A stretch of DNA of 64,000 nt from contig CAVTHK010000011.1 of the NCBI GenBank assembly GCA_963734495.1, positions 1 to 64,000 on the forward strand, written 5' to 3'. The notes under the pieces were generated by a model. It was not told the DNA's origin and ran no database searches. It saw nothing but the letters and a program-made list of their open reading frames with translations. Origin of the DNA: an uncultured Spirochaetota bacterium. Lineage in GTDB: Bacteria > Spirochaetota > Spirochaetia > SZUA-6 > CAVTHK01. The translations under genes and the position numbers were made by a program. Of this stretch, positions 39,238 through 47,728 are shown one piece after another (the first letter of the stretch is position 1; each line of letters begins with the position of its first letter).

Positions 39238-40080
39238 TTGAAGAAAAAGAAGAAGAAGCCCGTCCATCCCCTGAGCGTCGTGGATGTCCCGGCCGGCGCG
39301 GTCGGCATTCACTGGTTCGGGCAGAGCTCATTCGGCCTCAGGAACCAGCAGGGGCGCGTGCTGTTGACCGACCCGTTCTTCCCGCGCGAGCGGCCGCCGG
39401 GCAAGTTCCTGCATGCCGCTCCGCCCGTGGAGGAGGCCATCCTCCCGGCGGATGTGGTCCTGCTGACCCATGACCACGACGACCACACATGCATCGAGTC
39501 GCTCGAGCGGCTGCGGGCTTCGCTGCCCGCAGTCTCTATCGTGGGCCCCCCCGAGAGCATCGAGCGCATGGAACGGGCCGGCTTCGACCGCATGGGCCTG
39601 GTGGCCGTCGAAGCAGGCCGCCGGCTCGAAGCCGACGGCTATGTCATCCACGCCGTGCTCTCCAAGCTGCCGGAGGGCTCGCCCGAGCGGGGCATAGACC
39701 CGCCGGGCCTGCTGCACCTGGGCTACGTGATCGAGAGCAGCGGCGGGCGCATCTACCTCTCCGGCGACCCGCAGAACGACTTCGCCGAGGTCGACCGCCT
39801 CGTCGACCCGATAGCCGCGCTCGCTCCCGACCTGGGGCTGCTGACCACCCACCCCTCCGAGGGAGAGTTCCCTTTCTTCGACGGATGCGCGAAGACGGCG
39901 CGGCGCATCGGGCTGCGGACCGCCGTTCCGTCGCACTACGAGTGCTTCGTCAAGAGGAACTACGACCCCCTCGCCTGGGCCGCGGCCTTCGGAGAGGGAC
40001 CGCCCGCGAGGCTCATCATCCCCTACAATGGCTTCTGCCTCTACTCGGCCTCCGGCAACTGGGTGCGCTGCGGGTATTGA
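39238..40080 (+). CDS. MBL-fold hydrolase, UlaG-like
   Basis: WFGQSSF, THDHDDH, YLSGD, PSHYE; probable TTG start after GAGGGAG. Confidence 0.82.
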   Translation: MKKKKKKPVHPLSVVDVPAGAVGIHWFGQSSFGLRNQQGRVLLTDPFFPRERPPGKFLHAAPPVEEAILPADVVLLTHDHDDHTCIESLERLRASLPAVSIVGPPESIERMERAGFDRMGLVAVEAGRRLEADGYVIHAVLSKLPEGSPERGIDPPGLLHLGYVIESSGGRIYLSGDPQNDFAEVDRLVDPIAALAPDLGLLTTHPSEGEFPFFDGCAKTARRIGLRTAVPSHYECFVKRNYDPLAWAAAFGEGPPARLIIPYNGFCLYSASGNWVRCGY

Positions 40081-40175
40081 TCCACGCGGGCGCCGGTGGA
40101 ACGACGCGGGTGACAAGGGGTATACCTGTTCCTGGACCGATGAGCCCCCGGGGCGGGGGCGGGCGAGGAGGAGAC

Positions 40176-41138
40176 GTGGCAAAGCTGGCGATCATCACGG
40201 GGTATCTGGGGCAGACGAAGGATCGGTTCCACTTCTACAACGAGGACATCGACCTCGAGACGAAGTTCAAGATGATGAACGAGATCGAGGGCTACGACGG
40301 GGTCGAGATCGTCCATCCGTACGAAGTTCTCGGCGTCAGGGAGACCCGTGCCCTTCTCGCGAAGTACCGCCTCAGGATCTCGGCGATCAACTGCAACATC
40401 AAGGCCGATCCGGCCTTCCGCAACGGCGGGGTCACGGTCGACGACAAGGCCGTGCGCGAACGGGCCGTCGGCTTCATCAAGAAGGCCAAGGATTACGCGG
40501 AGGAGATCGGCGCGAGCAAGGTGACCTGCTGCCCGCTCGCCGACGGCTACGAGTTCGTCTTCCAGCACGACTACGCGAAGGCCTGGAAGCACCTGGTCGA
40601 GTGCTTCGGCGAGGCCGGCTCCTACAAGAAGAACATCCCGCTGTTCATCGAGTACAAGCCCAGCGAGACGCGGGGCCACTGCTTCGTGGACAGCGCCGCC
40701 AAGACGCTGCTGCTCCTCAAGGACATCGGCGTCACCGAAATGGGCGTGACTCTCGACTTCGGCCACTCGGTCTACGGGAACGAGAACCCGGCCGAAGCGG
40801 TAGCGCTCCTGGCCGAGAGCCCGTTTCGCTACTACATCCACATCAACGACAACGACGCACGGTGGGACTGGGACTACTTCTGCGGCACGAAGCACTACCT
40901 GGAATACGTGGAGTTCCTCTTCTATCTCAAGAAATACGGCTACGACGATTACATGACCTCCGACACCTCGCCCACCCGGTGGGACGTCCGCAAGACCTTC
41001 GAGGCCAACTCGCGCATCACCAACAAGATCTGGAAGGCGCTCGACGGGATCGATGCGAAGAAGATGGAGCGGCTCATCGCCGCGGGCGACTATCTCGACA
41101 CCTGGAAGCTGGTCGAGGAGACCTTCTTCGCGGTGTAG
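40176..41138 (+). CDS. Xylose-isomerase-like TIM barrel sugar isomerase/epimerase
   Basis: IEYKPSETR, TLDFGH, IHINDN...WDWD; GAGGAG RBS before GTG. Confidence 0.88.
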   Translation: MAKLAIITGYLGQTKDRFHFYNEDIDLETKFKMMNEIEGYDGVEIVHPYEVLGVRETRALLAKYRLRISAINCNIKADPAFRNGGVTVDDKAVRERAVGFIKKAKDYAEEIGASKVTCCPLADGYEFVFQHDYAKAWKHLVECFGEAGSYKKNIPLFIEYKPSETRGHCFVDSAAKTLLLLKDIGVTEMGVTLDFGHSVYGNENPAEAVALLAESPFRYYIHINDNDARWDWDYFCGTKHYLEYVEFLFYLKKYGYDDYMTSDTSPTRWDVRKTFEANSRITNKIWKALDGIDAKKMERLIAAGDYLDTWKLVEETFFAV

Positions 41139-41183
41139 CGCCGGCCGTCCGCGGCGCGGCCCGCGCGGAGGGAGGCGGGAACG

Positions 41184-41729
41184 ATGATCAAGCGGAGCGC
41201 AGTGGAGAAGGCGCGGAGATGGGCGTTCGAGACCTTCCGAAAGGCCGGCGTCCCGATCCGTGATGACGAGAAGGACAAAATCGAGATCGCCGATTTCGGG
41301 CTCGGCCGGTTCGACGAGCAGGGCATGCACCTGTTCACGATGGTGGCGACCGAACGCTACGCGGCCAAGGCCCTGGCGCTCGCGCCGCTGCAGACCGAGC
41401 CGGAGCACTGGCACCCGCCGGTGGGAGACGATCCTGGCAAGCAGGAGACGGTGCGCGTCGTGTGGGGCACGCTCTACTTCTACCTCCCGGGCGAAGACAC
41501 GCTGAAGAAGGGCTTCGTCCCGGCGGGCCGGGATGCGGTCTTTACCTGCCGGCACGAGCTCGTGATGAAGCGCGGCGATCAGCTCACGCTCAAGCCCGGA
41601 CAGAAGCACTGGTTCCAGGCGGCCGCAGAAGGCGCGGTGATCTACACCTTTTCCAGCACCGCGCGCGACGTGCTCGACGGCTTTACGGACCCCGACGTCC
41701 AGCGGGTCACGAAGATCGTGGAGGGCTGA
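41184..41729 (+). CDS. D-lyxose/D-mannose ketol-isomerase family (cupin)
   Basis: IADFGLG, YAAK, PEHWHPP...GKQET, HWFQA, FTDP. Confidence 0.88.
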   Translation: MIKRSAVEKARRWAFETFRKAGVPIRDDEKDKIEIADFGLGRFDEQGMHLFTMVATERYAAKALALAPLQTEPEHWHPPVGDDPGKQETVRVVWGTLYFYLPGEDTLKKGFVPAGRDAVFTCRHELVMKRGDQLTLKPGQKHWFQAAAEGAVIYTFSSTARDVLDGFTDPDVQRVTKIVEG

Positions 41730-41883
41730 CAGGCGCGGCGGGAGCCATTTGACCGGAGGCGCGGATATGCAGACATTTGATCCGTGCGAATTCCAGTAAA
41801 GTTCCGGCCGTTCCTTCTCCTCGAGCACGGATACCACGTACCAGAAGGGCTGGAGCGCGGGAGCTTGCGCGAGGAGGCATGAC

Positions 41884-43287
41884 ATGAACAGGCAATCCGT
41901 CGACACGCTCGTCATCGGCGGCGGGCCGGCCGGGACCCCGCTTGCCATGGCGCTGGCACGGGCCGGCAAGAGCGTGATGCTCGTCGAAGACGGGCCGGGG
42001 CTGGGCGGGACCTGCCTCTTCCACGGCTGTGTCCCTTCAAAGATTTTCCGCGAGTCCGCGACAGTCCGGACGATCGTCAGGCGCGCCGGAGACTTCGGCG
42101 TTGCCGGGAGCGCGGCCGTCCCCGCGGTGGACTGGTCCGCCATCCAGAGGCGCCGACACGATATCCTGAACCGGCGCGCAACGGGAGCCCTCGCCGGAGC
42201 TCGGCAGCTCCCGTCGCTCTCGGTGGTGTTCGGGCGGGCGCGCCTGGCCGGAGGCGGCGCCGCGCGGATAGAAGGTCACGACGGCGTCATCGAGGTGGGG
42301 TTCAGGAACGCCGCGATCGCGACCGGATCGGTATCGAACCGGCTGCCGGTCGAGGGCGCCGAGTCGCCCGGCGTGCTGTCCTCCGAAGGCATCATCGGCA
42401 TCGGGTATGTGCCCGCCTCGCTGGTCGTGATCGGGGGCGGACCCATCGGCGTCGAGATGGCCCAGATCTTTCACATGCTGGGAAGCTCGGTGACCATACT
42501 CGAAGCGCTGCCATCCATCCTCACCCCTGTGGACCGCCCTCTCGCCGCGCGGCTGCGGGAAATTCTCACCAGGAGCGGAATTCCGGTGGAGACGGGTGTC
42601 ACGGTCGAGCGAATCGAGACGACCCCCGACGGTCACCGCGTGCACTACAGCAAGGACGGCGCATCCCGCACGGCGGAGGCGCGTCTGGTGCTGACGGTGG
42701 TCGGCCGCCGGCCGAACATCGACAACCTGGGCCTCGAGAATACGGGCGTCAAGTTCGATGCTCACGGGATCCATGTCGACGCTCACCTCGAGACCGACGA
42801 GCCAGGCATCTTTGCCCTGGGAGACGTGGTCGGACAGCCGATGTTCGCTCACTGGGCGACCGCGCAGGCGCAGGCTCTCGCACGTTACCTGCTCGCGGGC
42901 GACGCAGCCTTTCCCAGGCCCGAGCACAATTCGGCCGTCATTTTCTCATATCCGGAGGCCGGCATGGCCGGCCTTACCGAAGAGGCGGCTCAAGCCGCCG
43001 GCATGGACGTCGGCGTCGCCGAGTACAACTACGCCGTCGACGCGCGCGCACAGATATCGGGGAACGCCGAAGGCATGCTCCGCATCGTCTATCGGCGCGA
43101 CGGGCAGAAAGTGGTGGGTGTTCACGCCCTCGTCGAGGGAGCCGCCGATCTCATGGGCGAGGCCGCCCTCGCGGTGCGCAGCGGCATGCGCCTCGCGGAC
43201 GTCGCAGACGCGATCCACCCGCACCCGACCCTCACGGAATCGTTCGCGCTTGCCGCGCGTGCGGCGATGGCTGCGGGCCGCGGCTGA
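41884..43287 (+). CDS. Dihydrolipoyl dehydrogenase-family flavoprotein disulfide reductase
   Basis: GGGPAG, GGTCLFHGCVPSK, GGGPIGVE, HPHPTLTE. Confidence 0.9.
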   Translation: MNRQSVDTLVIGGGPAGTPLAMALARAGKSVMLVEDGPGLGGTCLFHGCVPSKIFRESATVRTIVRRAGDFGVAGSAAVPAVDWSAIQRRRHDILNRRATGALAGARQLPSLSVVFGRARLAGGGAARIEGHDGVIEVGFRNAAIATGSVSNRLPVEGAESPGVLSSEGIIGIGYVPASLVVIGGGPIGVEMAQIFHMLGSSVTILEALPSILTPVDRPLAARLREILTRSGIPVETGVTVERIETTPDGHRVHYSKDGASRTAEARLVLTVVGRRPNIDNLGLENTGVKFDAHGIHVDAHLETDEPGIFALGDVVGQPMFAHWATAQAQALARYLLAGDAAFPRPEHNSAVIFSYPEAGMAGLTEEAAQAAGMDVGVAEYNYAVDARAQISGNAEGMLRIVYRRDGQKVVGVHALVEGAADLMGEAALAVRSGMRLADVADAIHPHPTLTESFALAARAAMAAGRG

Positions 43288-43521
43288 GGCCCGCGGAGTC
43301 CGCGGCGCCGGACCGCGCCGCGTCCTCGGCCGCGTAGACGACGGTCGGCGTGTGCCAGTGCACACGCGTGCGCGTCCCGGGGCGCGAGCTTCCCGAAAGC
43401 CTGCGGGGATCACCATGCGGCCCCTGTGCGTCCTGGTCCGTGCGGCCGTCTTGACCGCTGCAGGTGGCGGACTTATTTTGAGCGCTGCGGCGAAAGCCGC
43501 ACATCCAATCGGAGACGGACT

Positions 43522-43980
43522 GTGAGCACGCAGGACATCACCAACTACATCGAGGTTGACGACCGCACTGTGACCGGTGGACAGCCCACCGAGGATCAGC
43601 TCAAGTCCGCTGCCGCGGAGGGGTTCGTCACCGTCATCAACCTCGGGGTCCTGGACCCGAAATACGCGCTCGAGGACGAAGCGGGGCTCGTGCAGTCCTG
43701 CGGGATGAGCTATCACCACATCCCGGTGGACTGGGAGAATCCCACCGAGACGGACTTCGCCGCCTTCGAGCGCGCGATGAGCGCGCTCCCCGAGGGGAAG
43801 ACTCTGATCCACTGCGCCGCCAACTTCAGGGTGACGGCCTTCTACTCGCTGTACGCGCAGAAGCATCTCGGGTGGTCCGAGGATCGAGCCGACGAGCTTC
43901 GCGCGCGCATATGGAAGGACCGCGCGAATCCGGTCTGGGAACGGTTCATCGCGAAGATGAAGGCCCGCATCGCCGGGTAG
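43522..43980 (+). CDS. DUF442/PTP-like phosphatase or sulfurtransferase
   Basis: TGGQP, VINL, YHHIPV, HCAANFRVT. Confidence 0.8.
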   Translation: MSTQDITNYIEVDDRTVTGGQPTEDQLKSAAAEGFVTVINLGVLDPKYALEDEAGLVQSCGMSYHHIPVDWENPTETDFAAFERAMSALPEGKTLIHCAANFRVTAFYSLYAQKHLGWSEDRADELRARIWKDRANPVWERFIAKMKARIAG

Positions 43981-44003
43981 GGCGGGAGCGGCAGCGGCGG
44001 GGG

Positions 44004-44749
44004 CTACCGCCCCTCGGGGTCCTTGCGGCCGAAGAGCTCAGCGGCCCCGGCGTCGAAGCGGCGCGAGGCCTCGATGATTCCGGCCACCAGCCCGGCGCCG
44101 TCGCCGGCCCGCGCATCACGCGCCGCGGCGATCACGGTCTCGCATTCGAGACGGTCCATGGCGAGGCACGGCTTCGACCAGGCGCCCCTCGTCGCCCTTC
44201 GGGGACCACGAAGAACCCGTGCTTGTCCGCGTGAACGACCTGCCCCGGCCGCACGCGGCAGCCGAAGGCCTCGACCTCGCAGCCCCAGCGCACGGGGTAG
44301 GCGTGGGCGTGGCTCACGCAGAGGCGCCGCGCGATCGGCTTGAACCCGGCGTTGCGCATCTCGTCGAGGTCGCGCACGGCGCCGTCGGTGATGGTGCCCA
44401 CGCAGCCGAGGGCGCGGTGCGTGTTGGCCTGCACCTCGCCCCAGAACGCGCCCCAGCAGCGCGGCTTGTCCAGATCCTGGGCGACGATGATCTTGGGGCC
44501 CGGCTCGCGCGCGATGTACTCGAGGTAGCGCTCGTAGGCGTCCGCGACTTTCTTGTGCTCGGGGTTGCCGGGCTCGAGCACGACGGTGACCGCGTAGCCC
44601 GCCATCGGGCCCATCTGGGGCGCGAAGTCGGTGGTCTCCTCCAGGTTGAACACATTGTCGAGCGGGTCGCGGCGCGAGATCTGCTCCCAGCCGTTGGCGA
44701 TGGTCGGCGTGTTCCAGCGCTTGAGCGCGAGCAGCTCCCCGTGGGACAT
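44004..44749 (-). CDS. RraA family (HMG aldolase/oxaloacetate decarboxylase-like; frameshift near 44200)
   Basis: NTPTIAN, GYAVT, WGEV, TDGAVRDLDE, HADKHG; the C-terminus continues in another frame to TAG at 44004. Confidence 0.85.
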
Positions 44750-44823
44750 GGGTCGTTTCATGCTGCCGTGAAACCTATGCCTCACCGGCCCGGACTGTCA
44801 AATTGAAGGCTGCCGCGGCGAAT

Positions 44824-45684
44824 CTACGGCGATTCGGGATGGAGCATCCGGCGCACGGTCTCGACGAGCACGTCGTCGTCGAAGACGCGGCGCCAGTCCG
44901 TGCGAATCACGCGCTCGAACCCGATCCTGATCGCGACTTGCGCCGCGTCGGAGAACGGGAAGTCCGTCTGCCCGAAGACGATGGCCAACGGGATCTTCGT
45001 GTGGCCCAGCATGAAGGCCCGCGCCGCCTCTTCCGGCACACCGCGCCTGACCGCCTCGTCCACGGCCTGCCGCATGAGCGTCGCCGCGCCCGCCACCACG
45101 ACCTCCGCGGCGGCCGGCTCGAGGATCGTCATGTCGCGCACGGTGATGCGGTGGCATTTCACGACGGGCGCGAACATCAGCCGGCACAGCTCCTCGGCTC
45201 CGGCAAAGAGCTCCTCGCGGCCGCTGTCGAGCGCCACGACGATGTCCTGCGGCGCCGCAATCCCCCCGAAGAGGTCGGCCTTCGCCTCGGGCGTCTGCTG
45301 CTCGACGAACAGCGGGGGATGGCACGGGTGCGTGACCACGAACGTGCAGTCGGGCCGGCGCGCGAGCTCGCCGGCATAGGCGGCCGCCGGGTCGAGCAGG
45401 ATCATGACCGAGTCGGCCTTCATCATAGGGACTATCTCAGCGGAGATCGCGCCGATGAGCCGGTCGGGGACCGCGAGCACGACGTAGTCCGCGCGAGAGA
45501 CCGGAGCGTAGCCCTCGGTGACCGCGAGGCCTTCGGCCGCCATCGCGTCCCGCCTGTCCGCGGCCTTCTCGATCAGGGCCAGCCGAACACCGGTGCGCGC
45601 CAGGTTGTTGCGGATGCGCGTGCCCATCTTGCCGCCCGCCCCGACGAGAGAGACCGTCTTGCCCTGTAGAACGTCGCGGCTCAT
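44824..45684 (-). CDS. apnO: D-apionate oxidoisomerase-like (ApnO/PGDH_C family)
   Basis: VGAGGKMGTRIRNNL, LAVPD, LDPAAAYAG, THPCHPPLF, ILEP, FMLGH, FSDA. Confidence 0.72.
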   Translation of the reverse strand: MSRDVLQGKTVSLVGAGGKMGTRIRNNLARTGVRLALIEKAADRRDAMAAEGLAVTEGYAPVSRADYVVLAVPDRLIGAISAEIVPMMKADSVMILLDPAAAYAGELARRPDCTFVVTHPCHPPLFVEQQTPEAKADLFGGIAAPQDIVVALDSGREELFAGAEELCRLMFAPVVKCHRITVRDMTILEPAAAEVVVAGAATLMRQAVDEAVRRGVPEEAARAFMLGHTKIPLAIVFGQTDFPFSDAAQVAIRIGFERVIRTDWRRVFDDDVLVETVRRMLHPESP

Positions 45685-45701
45685 CGCTTGCTCCCTTCGC
45701 C

Positions 45702-46310
45702 TCATGGCTCGCCTCTGAGCAGGCGTTCGCCCACGGCACCCGCCGGGTGGATGACGGCGAACTGCTCGCGGGTGTAGCCAGTGAGCTCCATCAGCGCTAT
45801 GCAGATCGCGTCGAACACGGCCACGACGGCCATCGTGCTCGTCGTCGCCAGCATGTTGAGCTCGTCCGCTTCCGCTTCGACGCGCACCTCGAGCACCACG
45901 TCGCTCTCCCGGCCGAGCGGCGAGCCCCTGTTCTCCGTCACGCCGATCACGAACACCTTCTTGGCTTTCAGTGCGGGGAGCAGGCGCACGATCTCGCCCG
46001 TACCGCCCCCCTTGGACACGAGGATCGCCACATCGCCGGGTTGAACCGAGCCGAGGCCGCCGTGGACCGCGTCCGCGGGCTCCAGAAAGAAAGCCGGCCG
46101 CTCGACGCAGGACAGCGAGTGAGCAATCTTGCGCGCGGCCGCGCCCGAGGTCCCAGCGCCCGACGTGACGACGCGTCCCTTGCATGCGGCGATCGCCTCG
46201 ACGCAGCGCACGAAGGCGGCGCGGTCGACCGTCTCGCGCAGGCGAGCGAGCTCACGCTCCCCGACGCTCCAGACGTGCAGCGCCTTCTGCCAGATGCGGT
46301 CCGCGGTCAT
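45702..46310 (-). CDS. Stand-alone SIS-domain sugar-phosphate isomerase (KpsF/GutQ-like, no CBS)
   Basis: GAGTSGAAARKIAHS, DAVHGGLG, SKGGGT, ATTST, HPAGAVG. Confidence 0.88.
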   Translation of the reverse strand: MTADRIWQKALHVWSVGERELARLRETVDRAAFVRCVEAIAACKGRVVTSGAGTSGAAARKIAHSLSCVERPAFFLEPADAVHGGLGSVQPGDVAILVSKGGGTGEIVRLLPALKAKKVFVIGVTENRGSPLGRESDVVLEVRVEAEADELNMLATTSTMAVVAVFDAICIALMELTGYTREQFAVIHPAGAVGERLLRGEP

Positions 46311-46389
46311 GGCTGTCGCTCCTCTTCCCCAGTCGCCTGGAGCCGATCTACACTCTGCCGAGGAAACGGCGGCGTTTCAAGAACGCGGA

Positions 46390-47674
46390 ATGGGACATGA
46401 AGTCAAGGTAGCGGCGACCCGCGACCACTTCGAGCGCGACGGCGCACCCTTCTTCTATCTCGGCGACACCGTGTGGGCGGCCTTCGCCAACGCCACGCTC
46501 GAGGAATGGGAGCAGTACCTCTCTTTCAGGGCGCGGCAGGGGTTCAATGTCGTGCAGATCAGCGTCCTGCCGATCACCCACGACACGAGCGTGTGGGACC
46601 GCGCGATCGAGCCGTTTCACAGGGACGCGGGCGGCCGGCCGGACTTCGGCCGGCATCAACGAGGCGTATTTCGACAAGGCTCAGGCGATGTTGCGGAGGG
46701 CGACCGACCTCGGCTTCGTGTCTTCGCTCGGCCTCCTGTGGTGCAACTACGCCCCGGACTCGTGGGCGGCCCGGAGGCTGAACAACGCGACCGTGATGCC
46801 GCTCGAAGCCGTGGCGCCGTACGTGCGGTGCGCCGCCGGTTGTTTCGAGCGCTTCGATCCGGTCTATTTCGTGAGCGGAGATACGAGGTTCGAGTCGCAG
46901 CGCGAGACAGGACACTACCTGGCCGCCCTCGACGCCCTCAAGAGCGCGAGCCCGCGCGCGCTCGCCTCGATGCATACCAGCCCCGACGGGGAGCTGCCCG
47001 AGCAGCTCGCGCGATCTCCGCATCTGGACTTCGCCATGTACCAGTCCGGACATCGGGCCGCGACGCAGGATCTCGCCTGGAAGCTTGCGGAGCGCCTCGC
47101 GGCCGCGGCGGTCAGGCGGCCGATCGTCAACGGCGAGCCGTGCTACGAAGCCCACGGCCGCACCCCCGGCGGGCAGGGCCGCTTTACCGCGTACGAGGTC
47201 CGCAGGGCGATGTGGCAGGGGCTGCTTTCCGGCGCCAAAGCCGGCGTCACCTACGGGGGGCACGGGCTGTGGTCCTGGCACCGGCAGGGCATGCGCTTCC
47301 TCAACGCTGCGAACGCACTCGAGCCGCTCGAGTGGCACGCCAGCCTGCACCTCCCGGGCGCCTGGGACTATGCCTTTGCGCGCTGGGTCTTCGAGGCCTT
47401 CGACCTCTTCTCCATCGAGGCGTCTCAGGCGCTGGTGCCGGGGGCGGGCGCGGGCGTTCGCGCGGCCGCCAGCGCGAGCGGCGCGCGCGTTGCCGTCTAC
47501 GCGCCGCAGGCCTGCGACATCGAAGTGGCGGCGGACCTCCGCTCCCACCGGCTCACGCTGGCGCTCCTCGACGAGCGCCGGATCGTCTGTCCGCGGGTCG
47601 AGGCGACCTCCGCGGGAACGCTCCTGCGGATGGCCGGCGTCAACAGCGACGTGCTGCTCGTCGCGGTCGCGTAG
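46390..47674 (+). CDS. DUF4038/GH140 apiosidase-like glycoside hydrolase (frameshift near 46650)
   Basis: DGAPFFYLGDTVW, YLSFRARQGFNVVQ, NEAYFD, YQSGH, NGEPCYE, GVTYGGHGLW. Confidence 0.82.
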
Positions 47675-47728
47675 GACCCGGTGCGCTTCCTTGACACCGC
47701 CGGGAACCGCGGCTATTCCGGGACCGCA

